Of a stretch of DNA of 64,000 bases, positions 29,395-39,482 are shown in pieces. Numbering within the stretch: the first letter of the stretch is position 1; every line of letters starts with the position of its first letter. The stretch comes from an uncultured cyanobacterium (lineage in GTDB: Bacteria; Cyanobacteriota; Cyanobacteriia; Phormidesmidales; Phormidesmidaceae). Made by a program: the position numbers and the translations under genes. The stretch spans positions 1 through 64,000 of the forward strand of contig CAWBZI010000005.1 of NCBI GenBank assembly GCA_963793265.1, in the 5' to 3' direction. A model generated the notes under the pieces. That model was not told the origin of the DNA. It ran no database searches and worked only from the letters and a program-made list of their open reading frames with translations.

Positions 29395-31104
29395 ATGCTG
29401 CGCCTAGAAAAAATCACCAAAATTTATCCTACCGGAGAAGTTCTCAAAGACATTAGCTGGGAAGTAAAAACCGGAGAACGCATCGGCTTAGTTGGGGTCA
29501 ATGGCGCGGGAAAGTCTACCCAGCTCAAAATCATTCAGGGCGAAATTGAGCCCACCACAGGCACTATCATCCGGCCTGGCGGAATGCACATTGCCGCATT
29601 GAACCAGGAGTTTGAGGTTGATCCCCGGCGTACGGTTAGAGAAGAGTTCTGGACAGTTTTTACTGAAGCGAACAAAATTCAGCAGGCATTGGCTGAGATT
29701 CCATTGAAGATGGAGAAAGCCGATCCTGCTGAACTTGAAAAGCTGATTAATCAGCTTGATAAAAAGCAGCGTCAGTTTGAAGCCTTAGACGGCTATGGGC
29801 TAGAGTCGCGCATTGAGAAAATTTTGCCTGAGATGGGGTTTGATAGCGATGCGGGTGAGCGCTTGGTTAGCTCCTATAGCGGCGGCTGGCAAATGCGAAT
29901 GGGCTTGGGCAAAGTGCTCTTACAGTCGCCCGATTTGCTCCTATTGGACGAGCCGACTAACCACCTGGATCTTGAAACTATCGAATGGTTAGAAAACTAC
30001 CTCAAGGGCCTCACAATCCCGATGGTCATTGTCTCTCATGACCGAGAGTTTTTAGATCGGCTGTGCACCTCTATTGTAGAAACCGAACGCGGCATTTCCA
30101 CCACCTATTTAGGTAACTACAGCGCCTACCTCGCGCAAAAGGCTGAAAGTCAGGCCGCTCAGATGAGTACCTACGAGCGTCAGCAGAAGGAGCTGGCCAA
30201 GCAGCAGACGTTTGTAGATAAGTTTAGAGCGAGTGCGACTCGAAGCACACAGGCTAAAAGTAGGGAAAAGCAGCTCGCAAAAGTTGAGCGGATTGAAGCG
30301 CCTACGGCTGACTTGAGAGGGCTTCAGTTTCAGTTTCAGCCCGCGCCTAGAAGCGGTAGAGAGGTGGTGACCATTGCTGATATGACGCATACCTACGACG
30401 ATAAGATTTTGTTTTTGGGGGCTTCTTTGGAAGTGGAGAGGGGCGATCGCATCGCCTTTGTAGGCCCCAACGGCGCAGGTAAATCAACCCTGCTGCGGCT
30501 GATCACGGGCAGCGAAAAAGCCGACGACGGAATCGTTGAGATGGGCGCGCACAACGTATTGCCCGGCTACTTTGAGCAAAATCAGGCAGAAGCGCTCGAC
30601 CTGTCAAAAAAAGTGATGGATACCATTCACGATGAAGTGCCCGACTGGACAAACGAAGAAGTCCGTACGCTATTGGGCCGCTTTTTGTTCAGTGGTGATG
30701 CTGCCTTTAAGAAAGTAGAAGCTTTGAGCGGTGGAGAGAAAGCGCGCTTGGCTTTGGCAAAAATGCTTTTGCAGCCCGCAAACCTGTTGATTTTGGACGA
30801 GCCGACTAACCACTTGGACATTCCAGCTAAAGAAATGCTGGAGAATGCACTTAAGAACTACGATGGCACGGCGCTGATTGTGTCTCACGACCGATATTTC
30901 GTGTCTCAGGTGGCCAATAAGATAGTTGAGATTCGAGACGGCGAGCTGCGATTGTATCGAGGCGACTATCGCTATTACATAGATAAGATTGCCGAAGAGA
31001 AAGAGCGAGCAAGGCTAGAGAAAATAGAGGCCGAGAAGGCTGCTAAAGCAGAAGAAAAGCGGCAAAAGCAGCGCGAAAAGCGCAAGGCTAAAGCAGCTAG
31101 CTAA
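29395..31104 (+). CDS. ABC-F family ATP-binding protein
   Basis: Two ABC domains (GVNGAGKST, SGGWQMR; GPNGAGKST, SGGEKAR) joined by a linker; no TM segments. Confidence 0.93.
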   Translation: MLRLEKITKIYPTGEVLKDISWEVKTGERIGLVGVNGAGKSTQLKIIQGEIEPTTGTIIRPGGMHIAALNQEFEVDPRRTVREEFWTVFTEANKIQQALAEIPLKMEKADPAELEKLINQLDKKQRQFEALDGYGLESRIEKILPEMGFDSDAGERLVSSYSGGWQMRMGLGKVLLQSPDLLLLDEPTNHLDLETIEWLENYLKGLTIPMVIVSHDREFLDRLCTSIVETERGISTTYLGNYSAYLAQKAESQAAQMSTYERQQKELAKQQTFVDKFRASATRSTQAKSREKQLAKVERIEAPTADLRGLQFQFQPAPRSGREVVTIADMTHTYDDKILFLGASLEVERGDRIAFVGPNGAGKSTLLRLITGSEKADDGIVEMGAHNVLPGYFEQNQAEALDLSKKVMDTIHDEVPDWTNEEVRTLLGRFLFSGDAAFKKVEALSGGEKARLALAKMLLQPANLLILDEPTNHLDIPAKEMLENALKNYDGTALIVSHDRYFVSQVANKIVEIRDGELRLYRGDYRYYIDKIAEEKERARLEKIEAEKAAKAEEKRQKQREKRKAKAAS

Positions 31105-31686
31105 AGCGCAATACGAGAATATATTGAACGCTGCTGAGTCTAGAAATTGTCTGGATGGGTCAACCAGCTCAGCAGTGGTACTTTATTTTCTGAAAGACTC
31201 ATGTTAAATAATTATAGAGATACACGTCGTTCTTGAACGAGTAGTGCTGCTTGACTCCTGAGATCGGCCCACTCCTTATAAACCCTAAATAAAAAACGTT
31301 TAGAATTCTTCGGAGCGCCTGCAAAGGTCTTTGTGAATTAAAATCCTAGATACTAAAGTTACCTGTTCAATACCTAATACACTGACGCTCTAAATCCAAA
31401 TTTTATAGTGGATTTAAAGCTCGTAGTCACTTTCGCATCAAAGCAGAGATCTGTGAATCATCTGTAGACTTTTGACTTTAAGATTCGTTAGGCCAAAAGA
31501 TCTAGAACATATTGCGTGGGACATAGCAAAGCTCAGCCGGAAAGGAAACAGTTTTGCATTTAGGGACTCCCTATCGGTAGTCTGCTGAAGTAGCCGCGCT
31601 CTGGACTCGCTTTATCTTTGAACTAAGTTTTTTAGCTCGCTCAAAAGCATTTCCAACCTATTACAAACTGTAGAGGATTTTCTGGT

Positions 31687-33303
31687 ATGGCAGACTCGCC
31701 AATTTCTCCCATGGTGCTCGTGATTTTAGACGGGTGGGGCTGCGGAGAAGATAACAGCGGCAACGCCATCAGCCAGGCTAATACGCCGGTTATGGATAGC
31801 CTGTGGGAAGCCTACCCACACACCACGCTCAACACGTCCGGTAAGGCAGTGGGCCTCCCCCAGGGCCAAATGGGCAACTCAGAAGTCGGGCACCTCAACA
31901 TCGGCGCAGGCCGAGTGGTGCCGCAAGAGCTAGTTAGAATTTCAGACGCGGTTGAAGAAAAGACCATTCAAGAAAACCCAGCGCTGTTAGAGGTCTGCCA
32001 GAAGGTTCGCTACGCAGGCACTAAGCTGCACTTGGTTGGCCTGTGCTCTGACGGCGGAGTTCACGCTCATCTCGATCACTTGATTGGGCTGCTAGAGATG
32101 GCGAAAGCCCAAGACCTGACAGAGGTGTGCATTCATGTGATTACTGACGGGCGCGATACAAAGCCGACAGACGCTAAGTTTGCGGTGCAAAGGCTACAGT
32201 CGGCAGTCGATGAAATGGGGATTGGCAAGCTGGTGACGATGAGCGGTCGCTACTATGCGATGGATCGTGATAACCGCTGGGATCGTATTGAGAAGGTGTA
32301 TCGGGTGATGACCGAAGACTTCTCGGCAAAGGATGCGGGTCGTGAGATATCGGCAATAGACGCGCTCAGGGCGTCTTACCAAGAGGGCATCAACGACGAG
32401 TTTATTGAGCCAGTGCGGTTAGCACCTGGGGCCGTAGAAGCAGGCGATGGCGTGGTGTTCTTTAACTTTCGCCCAGACCGTGCTCGGGAGCTAACGCAGG
32501 CTTTTGTGAAGCGTGAATTTGAAGGGTTTTCGCGAGATCCAATATTGCCGCTGACGTTTGTCACGATGACGCAATATGACTCGTCTTTGCCAGTGAGCGT
32601 TGCATTTACGCCGCAAAGTTTGAACAACATTTTGGGCGAGGTGATTGCCAACCATAAGCTCAAGCAGCTTCGGACGGCTGAGACAGAGAAGTACGCACAC
32701 GTCACCTACTTTTTTAACGGTGGACTAGAGGAGCCTTTGCCCGGCGAAGATCGAGTGCTGGTGCCTAGCCCAATGGTGGCGACTTACGACAAAGATCCTG
32801 AGATGTCGGCTAAGAAGGTTACGGACGCGGGGATCGCAGCCTGTAATAAGCGTGAGTATTCGCTGATTGTGATGAACTATGCCAATCCAGATATGGTGGG
32901 GCATACCGGGCTGGTGGATGCCACGGTGACGGCTTTAGAAGCGGTGGATAAAGAGCTTGGACGGCTGCTGGAGGGGATTATCCGTGTGGGTGGAACGGCG
33001 ATGATTATTGCCGATCATGGCAATGCAGAGCAGATGCAGGATGAGCAGGGCAGACCTTGGACGGCGCATACGACTAATCCAGTGCCTTTTATTTTGGTAG
33101 AAGGTGAGGGGTTGAAGATTCCGGGACATGGCTCGGAGGTGGCGCTGCGAGAGGGCGGATGTTTGGCGGATGTTGCGCCGACTATTTTGGATATTTTGCA
33201 GCTTCCGATTCCAGAGGAGATGACGGGAAAGTCGATGATTTTGCAGCCGACGGCGGAGTACAAGCAGAATCGTACGCCTGTGAAGGTTTCGTTGCAGCGG
33301 TAG
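31687..33303 (+). CDS. gpmI: 2,3-bisphosphoglycerate-independent phosphoglycerate mutase
   Basis: ILDGWG, MGNSEVGH, GRYYAMDRD, AETEKYAHVT, NPDMVGHTG, ADHGNAE. Confidence 0.97.
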   Translation: MADSPISPMVLVILDGWGCGEDNSGNAISQANTPVMDSLWEAYPHTTLNTSGKAVGLPQGQMGNSEVGHLNIGAGRVVPQELVRISDAVEEKTIQENPALLEVCQKVRYAGTKLHLVGLCSDGGVHAHLDHLIGLLEMAKAQDLTEVCIHVITDGRDTKPTDAKFAVQRLQSAVDEMGIGKLVTMSGRYYAMDRDNRWDRIEKVYRVMTEDFSAKDAGREISAIDALRASYQEGINDEFIEPVRLAPGAVEAGDGVVFFNFRPDRARELTQAFVKREFEGFSRDPILPLTFVTMTQYDSSLPVSVAFTPQSLNNILGEVIANHKLKQLRTAETEKYAHVTYFFNGGLEEPLPGEDRVLVPSPMVATYDKDPEMSAKKVTDAGIAACNKREYSLIVMNYANPDMVGHTGLVDATVTALEAVDKELGRLLEGIIRVGGTAMIIADHGNAEQMQDEQGRPWTAHTTNPVPFILVEGEGLKIPGHGSEVALREGGCLADVAPTILDILQLPIPEEMTGKSMILQPTAEYKQNRTPVKVSLQR

Positions 33304-33406
33304 TCTGCGGGCGGAACCCACCCCGTCCCTGCGGCATGTGGGCTAGATTAGTTGATAGGATAGACGAAAGTTTTTATAGTCCGAGGCTAGGCTCGGTGAA
33401 GGATAA

Positions 33407-33649
33407 GTGATGGTCGTTACGGTTATTAAGATTATTTGGGCGATCGCAGCAGTCGGCGTCTGTGTTTTAGTTCTATTACACAGCCCAAAGGGCGATGGCT
33501 TAGGCGCTTTGGGCGGTCAGGCACAGCTCTTTACCAGTACCAAAAGCGCTGAAGAAACGCTAAATCGGGCGACCTGGCTGCTGCTAATTGTGTTTATGGC
33601 GCTGACAATCGTTTTGAGCGGCGGCTGGCTAGAGACGGCGGCCGGTTAA
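33407..33649 (+). CDS. secG: Preprotein translocase subunit SecG
   Basis: VLLHSPKGDGLG, SAEETLNRATW; follows gpmI. Confidence 0.92.
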   Translation: MMVVTVIKIIWAIAAVGVCVLVLLHSPKGDGLGALGGQAQLFTSTKSAEETLNRATWLLLIVFMALTIVLSGGWLETAAG

Positions 33650-33655
33650 AGACGG

Positions 33656-34549
33656 CTAAACGTCTGTCACCTGAATAATTTTGATTGGCTGAGAGCCTTT
33701 GATGGGATTCATCGAAGGCTTTCCTGCTTCAGCAAGGGCCTGATAGGCTTTGTCTACAATGATTTGTTCGCGGTTGGTGGGATGGTTGCGATCGCTCAGT
33801 GCCCCCCCGACGTTTACATCCACGGCCACTACCGACTCATCCGGCAGCTTCAAAGGATTATCAACCAGAGCACTTCTGAGGGTTTCGCCGTACTGGCGGA
33901 GCCCTGTTTTGTCCATACCCGTAAGCACACACATAAACTGCGCGCCGTTTTCGTCCTGGCTATCGCAATACAGCCAGGTGTCGAGCGTAACGCTGCGGCG
34001 GATGACTGAGGAGATCGCGACATCGAGCTGAGCATTCTGCCGTTCAGTGGTGACCACTTCGCCAATCGGCGTTTGCCTGCGGGCATCAACAATTAATAAA
34101 CCAATCGCGTCAAACTGCGGATTGCCCGGCTGTAGCTTCATCTGCTTGATCAAAGCGGCAAGCGTTTGCGGCAGCACGCGGGCATCGAGCATTCCCGTAT
34201 TTGCGTCGGTAAGATTTAGCGCGCGCAGTAGATTTTCATGACTTTGACGCAGCCTTTCGGCATTGCTCACTTCGCTGCTCAGGCGGCGTTCGCGATCGCC
34301 AATTTCACCTTCTAGCTCAGTAGCCGCTCGTTTGGCCTTAGAGGCCCGCCAGCCACGCTTGATGACCGTTGGCGTCAGCACCAGCAGTCCAATCAGCACG
34401 CCAATCGCTAGCGTAGAGAGGAGGACAAGCGCCAGGGAGCCCTCAAGCTGTCCGAAGAGGAAGTTGATCGGAACCGGGGTGCTGTTTAGCAGGGCAAAGG
34501 CGATCGCCAAAAAGGCAATGACAATCGCAGCAATAATCAAAAACGGCAT
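33656..34549 (-). CDS. LapA/DUF1049 membrane domain fused to a degenerate GGDEF-like domain
   Basis: FALLNSTPVPINFLFG...SLALVLL; coiled coil; LTDANTGML; no GG(D/E)EF (NGAQF instead). Confidence 0.65.
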   Translation of the reverse strand: MPFLIIAAIVIAFLAIAFALLNSTPVPINFLFGQLEGSLALVLLSTLAIGVLIGLLVLTPTVIKRGWRASKAKRAATELEGEIGDRERRLSSEVSNAERLRQSHENLLRALNLTDANTGMLDARVLPQTLAALIKQMKLQPGNPQFDAIGLLIVDARRQTPIGEVVTTERQNAQLDVAISSVIRRSVTLDTWLYCDSQDENGAQFMCVLTGMDKTGLRQYGETLRSALVDNPLKLPDESVVAVDVNVGGALSDRNHPTNREQIIVDKAYQALAEAGKPSMNPIKGSQPIKIIQVTDV

Positions 34550-34610
34550 ATTAGCGGTCGTTAGATATACGCAAAGACATCTATAGATTAGCGTCTAAAG
34601 AGATTAGCGC

Positions 34611-37600
34611 CTAAAGCGTCATCATGACCTGCGGTAGCAAAGCAGCGGGCACCTGGTTTAAAGCAGACTGCTGTCCTTCTAGCCCAAGCTTTTCGTAGTG
34701 CAGTCTGAGGTTGGCCACAATCGCGCCAAATCTGCCTGGGTAAGCTGGTGAGTCGGTCGGCAAATTCTCAGTCGCTTTGATATAGCTGTAGAGTGACTTC
34801 TGTAAACTCTCACCCACTTCGACCAAAGAAGGCGCAGTTTCGACCATCTGCGCATGAACATCTCCCAAGCAGTGATAAATCGCGGCGCTATCCATTGGGC
34901 TCAGCGCACCTGATAGCTTGCTGATATTTAGCGCGGCTTCAAAGGCGGTGACGGCGTTTTTTTGATAGCGGCTCTTTTGGGCAAGATCATTGTCGGTATG
35001 CTTAGACAAATCCCAGTAGGCGAGCGCTAGATTGTTGTAGGAAATGGCGCAGGCAGCCGGGTCAACCTCAGAGGTGCGGTAGTTGAGCGCGTCACGGTAG
35101 GCAGCGATCGCGTGCTTGAGCAAAAATTCTGGTCGCTCGTGCTTGGCCAAGCTCCAATAGGTAATGCCCAAGTTGTTTTGAACGGCAGCATAATCCATTG
35201 GCTGCCGGTCGGGCTTGTAGCCCAAAAGCGCCTCGTTATAGGCCGTAATCGCCTGCTGCAAATATGTCTCGGCTGAGTCGTAGTGAGAAAGCTTCCAAAA
35301 CACGGAGCCTAAGCTATTTTGCAGCGTGGCGTATTCTTCTGGCTCTTTGGCCAAAGACATCAGCGGGATCGCCTGGCAATAGGTCTTAGCGGCCTGAGTC
35401 AGGTTCTCTAAAGGATTCTCGCAGGTGGCAAGCATGGTATAGACCGCGCCCGTGTTGCTATAGAGCTGGCCGACAATGCCGCCTTGGGTGTTGCCTGAAA
35501 TTTTGCCTTGAGCATCGGCCACGGGGCCGGGCTGCTGAGAATCGCTTTCGGTGAGGGCCTGCTGATAGAGTTCGATGCTTTTGTGCATGAGGGCAGCGGC
35601 GGCCTGCTGGTCTTTTTGCTGCTGCGCTTTGAGCCAGTAGAGCGTGCCGAGGTCGTTGAGGGCGGTAATGCGGTCGGCGTGGGGTGCTGTCAGACAGTTG
35701 AGGCCGCTTTCGTAGGCAGTGATCGCAGCTTCAATGGTTTCTAGGGTGCGATCGCCTGATTCTATTTGGTTACGAAGCGCTAACCCAGTTGTAAAGTGAT
35801 CGGCAGCTTGCTTCTGGTGCCCCGGCGCTTGCAGGGTTTTGGTCTTTACCTGTACGCCGACTGCGCTTTTAAGATCGCGCTGATCGCCTACTTTAAGCCT
35901 GCCAGACGGCTGATCGGCTGGGACGATCTCAGGCATCTCAGGCTCAGACATTTCTATCTCAGCGGGCGCTAGCGCTAGCTCATCAAGGCGCAGGTGATTG
36001 ACCGGAATTTCTTCGTCTGAAAGTACCGCCATTAGGGTATCTTCAGACACTTCAACCACACGCTGCTCAACGGAAGCTTCCTCGCGATTAGCCCCCTGCG
36101 CAAAATCATGCCAATCCAAAGAGGCAAACGCGGCTTCAGCGCTAGCCGTGTCGTCTATATCATTATCTTCGCCACCGAAATCGCTATCTAATTTGCTGTT
36201 GAAGTCGCTGTCCAGCTCGCTATCTGACTCGCTATCTAACGCCCCATCTAACGCCCCATCTAACTCACTGTCATCCCAGCTATCGCTATACAGTTCATCA
36301 TCTGAAGCCTCTGCCAAATCATCTATGTCAGGGAGCAGTTCATCTAGCGTTGCTAAGCTATCGTCATCGGCGGGTGGTGAGACATTAACGCCCTGGCTAA
36401 CAATAGAGTGTAATCCGCCAAAATCAAGAGAATGATGAGGGCTTGCCGTTGACTTGCTTGTAGCTGCGCTGTCGGCTGTCAGAATGATCGACTCAAGATC
36501 TTCTATACCGTCTGCTGGCGGATTGAGATCGTCTAATTCCAGGCCATCGTCGAACAGATCGAAAGGAATTTCACTGAGGCTATTATTGGCTTCATCAATG
36601 GCTGAATCAGAAGCGGCATCAGGTGTCGGCGTCTCAGGTTCTACCGTGTCTTCAGCATCTAAGAAAGTAGAGACTTCGGGTAGCACAACTGCGCGATCGC
36701 GAGCAACCCCTTCGGCTTCGGAAATATTAGGCGCAGGAAAGCTGTTTTGGGCAGAAACTAGCGAAATATCTACCGGCTCGCTTTCACCGTAAAGACTGGC
36801 GGCTGAGTAAGTAGAGTCGCTGTTTTGAGTGCTGTTTTGTTCGGCGATCGCTAAGTCATTCGTCAGATCGGCCGCTAAATTTGCCAGGTCAATGCGGCGG
36901 TCGTTTGAAGGGCTATCTGAATGGCTGCTATCGGAGCGGCGACTGCTCGGACGGCTGGAGAGATTTGTGGATAGCGATTGGCGATCAGCAGGTTGTTCTA
37001 ACGGCGATCTTTGCTGACGATCTGGGGTGGGGGTGGGATCGCTGACAAATTCGTAAACGCCGTTGCGCCAGTTCCAAAAGGTGGGGGCTGACTGCTGAAT
37101 GGTGCGCAGCCAGGGCCAGGGCACCCAGATTAAGAGGCTGGTGTTGAGCCGGGGGAGGAGTGCTTCAATTTTTTCGAGCGATCGCAGAAAGTAGTTTTGG
37201 GCGATCGCAGGCTGCCGGGTCATTTGCTCAATGCCCAACACCTGAACTTTTGGCAGCGTGCCTTCAGAGAGCATAGTATGGCGCACCCACTGAGCCACCT
37301 GCTGCGGCAAATTGCCTTCTTCAGCGTCAAAAATTAGTCGCTCTAGACCTGGGCTAGTAGTGACTTCAGCCGTCGAGCTGACCGCAGAGCCATTCACAGG
37401 GCCATTCACCGATCCATTTGCAGAAGAGCGAGTGCCTTTAGCCAAATCGCGCTCTAGCTGCGCGGCAAGCTGATCTTGCAGCACCACATTATCGCAAACG
37501 GCAATGAGTAGCTGGCGGCGCAAATCAAGGCTCATAGAAGCCTTCAGCGCTTGATAGGCTTGCTGATTGACACCGAGAAGCTGGCGAGACTGTGGCTGGC

Positions 37601-37625
37601 GAGACTGTGGCTGAATTGCGATCAT
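34611..37625 (-). CDS. Large TPR-repeat protein with acidic low-complexity linker
   Basis: C-terminal repeats YAxxQNxLG...YW..AIxAYxxAL; N-terminal SAPTFWNWR domain. Confidence 0.8.
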   Translation of the reverse strand: MIAIQPQSRQPQSRQLLGVNQQAYQALKASMSLDLRRQLLIAVCDNVVLQDQLAAQLERDLAKGTRSSANGSVNGPVNGSAVSSTAEVTTSPGLERLIFDAEEGNLPQQVAQWVRHTMLSEGTLPKVQVLGIEQMTRQPAIAQNYFLRSLEKIEALLPRLNTSLLIWVPWPWLRTIQQSAPTFWNWRNGVYEFVSDPTPTPDRQQRSPLEQPADRQSLSTNLSSRPSSRRSDSSHSDSPSNDRRIDLANLAADLTNDLAIAEQNSTQNSDSTYSAASLYGESEPVDISLVSAQNSFPAPNISEAEGVARDRAVVLPEVSTFLDAEDTVEPETPTPDAASDSAIDEANNSLSEIPFDLFDDGLELDDLNPPADGIEDLESIILTADSAATSKSTASPHHSLDFGGLHSIVSQGVNVSPPADDDSLATLDELLPDIDDLAEASDDELYSDSWDDSELDGALDGALDSESDSELDSDFNSKLDSDFGGEDNDIDDTASAEAAFASLDWHDFAQGANREEASVEQRVVEVSEDTLMAVLSDEEIPVNHLRLDELALAPAEIEMSEPEMPEIVPADQPSGRLKVGDQRDLKSAVGVQVKTKTLQAPGHQKQAADHFTTGLALRNQIESGDRTLETIEAAITAYESGLNCLTAPHADRITALNDLGTLYWLKAQQQKDQQAAAALMHKSIELYQQALTESDSQQPGPVADAQGKISGNTQGGIVGQLYSNTGAVYTMLATCENPLENLTQAAKTYCQAIPLMSLAKEPEEYATLQNSLGSVFWKLSHYDSAETYLQQAITAYNEALLGYKPDRQPMDYAAVQNNLGITYWSLAKHERPEFLLKHAIAAYRDALNYRTSEVDPAACAISYNNLALAYWDLSKHTDNDLAQKSRYQKNAVTAFEAALNISKLSGALSPMDSAAIYHCLGDVHAQMVETAPSLVEVGESLQKSLYSYIKATENLPTDSPAYPGRFGAIVANLRLHYEKLGLEGQQSALNQVPAALLPQVMMTL

Positions 37626-37820
37626 GTAACAAGCCCAAGCAAAAGCGAAAGAAGTGAGAAAAACCTAAGGGATAGTATGCGCTCCCTACCTGTTAAATCT
37701 TTTCGCACGGCAAGCTGTCGCATCAGGAATAATTTGATACCTCGCTGAAACTGCTATGCTAAAAGCCTGTATGCCCGCGACGTGGGCCTATTAGCTACCT
37801 TGCAATTTAGCAATCTTGCA

Positions 37821-38567
37821 ATGCCCATTCCCGTTGCCGCTTCATCTATTCGCCAGCATCAACATCCCTTGGTTCGTCAGCTCGCAGCGGGCATAGAGTC
37901 GCTGTGGCAGCAGCTAGATCTTTCGCCCTACTACCTGCCCGATGATTTGGGCTACGTAGAAGGCAAGCTGGAAGGCGAAAAGCTGGTGATTGAGAATCGC
38001 TGCTATCAGACGCCGCAGTTTCGCAAGCTGCATTTAGAACTGGCGCGGATTGGCAAAAATCTCGATATTTTGCACTGCGTCATGTTTCCGCGGCCCGAGT
38101 ATGGCCTGCCGATTTTTGGCTGCGACATTGTTAGCGGCAGAGGCCAGGTGAGCGCAGCGATTGTGGATTTGTCTGCGGGGGCGGCTGATGGCAAGCTGCC
38201 AGAAAATTATGCGGCGGCGCTATCGACAGTTGCGCGCGATGAGTATAGTCAGCCCCGCGAGCTGCCTGAGTGGGGCCAGCGCATATTTTCAGACTTTTGC
38301 TGCTTTGTGAAGCCAACGACGCCCGCTGAGGAACAGCAGTTTTTGAATCAGGCTCAGAATTATTTGAGCGTGCATGTGCAGCAGGCGCTAGCAAAGCAGC
38401 CTGAGCCGAGTCGCCTGAATGAGTTTTTGGAGCGTCAGCGCTACTACTGCCGCCAGCAGCAGCAAAATGATAAAACTCGCCGGGTGCTTGAAAAAGCGTT
38501 TGGGCCGCAGTGGGCAGAGCGCTATATGACCACTGTTTTGTTTGATTTGCCCGTTGAGGAAAGCTGA
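37821..38567 (+). CDS. pcyA: Phycocyanobilin:ferredoxin oxidoreductase
   Basis: FRKLHLELA, LDILHCVMFP, PIFGCDIV, QQQNDKTRRVLEKAFG. Confidence 0.95.
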   Translation: MPIPVAASSIRQHQHPLVRQLAAGIESLWQQLDLSPYYLPDDLGYVEGKLEGEKLVIENRCYQTPQFRKLHLELARIGKNLDILHCVMFPRPEYGLPIFGCDIVSGRGQVSAAIVDLSAGAADGKLPENYAAALSTVARDEYSQPRELPEWGQRIFSDFCCFVKPTTPAEEQQFLNQAQNYLSVHVQQALAKQPEPSRLNEFLERQRYYCRQQQQNDKTRRVLEKAFGPQWAERYMTTVLFDLPVEES

Positions 38568-38730
38568 GAGAGCAGAGAGAGCAGAGGGAGCAGGACTCGC
38601 TCCTCAACCCATAATGTGGTAGATTTTCCCTTCTATCTTTCTTGAATCCCGTATCGATTTTGGCAGCGCGTTTGGCTATATTTTTAGTAGGCGCGCTGCC
38701 AATAGCTGTTAATAAACAAACTGCTTAAGC

Positions 38731-39399
38731 ATGATTTCTTTTCCCAGCCCGATCAAAGACCGTGATATTCGGGATTTTGGCTCTGATAGTGATGAGAAGA
38801 GAAGCGACGAGAGGAGCAGGCTTGAAGTAACAACTTCCTTGAGCGATGAGAACAGCGGCAAGCTAATTGTATTGGCAGGCCCTAGTGGCGTGGGCAAAGG
38901 CACGCTGCTAAAGCAATTGCTCAAAAAGCACCCTGACGTGCAGGTGTCAGTGTCGGCGACAACGCGTCAGCCTCGGGCAGGTGAGGTAGACGGACTGCAC
39001 TATTATTTTGTAAGTCGCGATCGCTTTCGCAGCATGATTGAAGACGGCGATTTGCTGGAATGGGCTGAGTTTGCAGGCAACTGCTATGGCACACCTAAAG
39101 CGCCGATTGAGGCGGCGATCGCTAACGGTCAGCAGGTGATTTTAGAGATTGAGCTAGTCGGTGCCCGGCAGGTGCGCAAGAGCTTTCCTAACGCAAAGCA
39201 GATTTTTATTTTGCCGCCAAGTGCTGAGACGTTAGAGAAGAGGATTCGCAGTCGGGGGCAGGATAGTGAAGGGGCGATCGCGAAACGCCTGAACCGAGCC
39301 CAAGAAGAGCTAGCGGCGGCTGATGAGTTTGATTTGCAAATAGTGAATGACGATTTTGAACGGGCGTTTGCTGAGCTAGAAGAGACTATGTTTGGATAG
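38731..39399 (+). CDS. gmk: Guanylate kinase
   Basis: [33 protein letters not shown]; true start may lie downstream. Confidence 0.95.
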   Translation: MISFPSPIKDRDIRDFGSDSDEKRSDERSRLEVTTSLSDENSGKLIVLAGPSGVGKGTLLKQLLKKHPDVQVSVSATTRQPRAGEVDGLHYYFVSRDRFRSMIEDGDLLEWAEFAGNCYGTPKAPIEAAIANGQQVILEIELVGARQVRKSFPNAKQIFILPPSAETLEKRIRSRGQDSEGAIAKRLNRAQEELAAADEFDLQIVNDDFERAFAELEETMFG

Positions 39400-39482
39400 A
39401 GTGTTTGGGCAGAGTTCTGCGCACGGTGAATAGTTTGGCTCTATAGTTTAGAGATGCCGCTACGCCTATTGCCCCTTTCAAT

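Noticed and set aside
31105..31686. 580-bp AT-rich gap before gpmI with short inverted repeats
   Set aside because: No ORF and no recognisable RNA motif; compatible with ordinary terminator and promoter DNA
33314..33334. GAACCCACCCCGTCCCTGCGG, reminiscent of cyanobacterial dispersed repeats
   Set aside because: No second arm or second copy seen in the window
38566..38594. GAGAGCAGA-like short tandem repeat after pcyA
   Set aside because: Three imperfect copies only; typical short intergenic slippage
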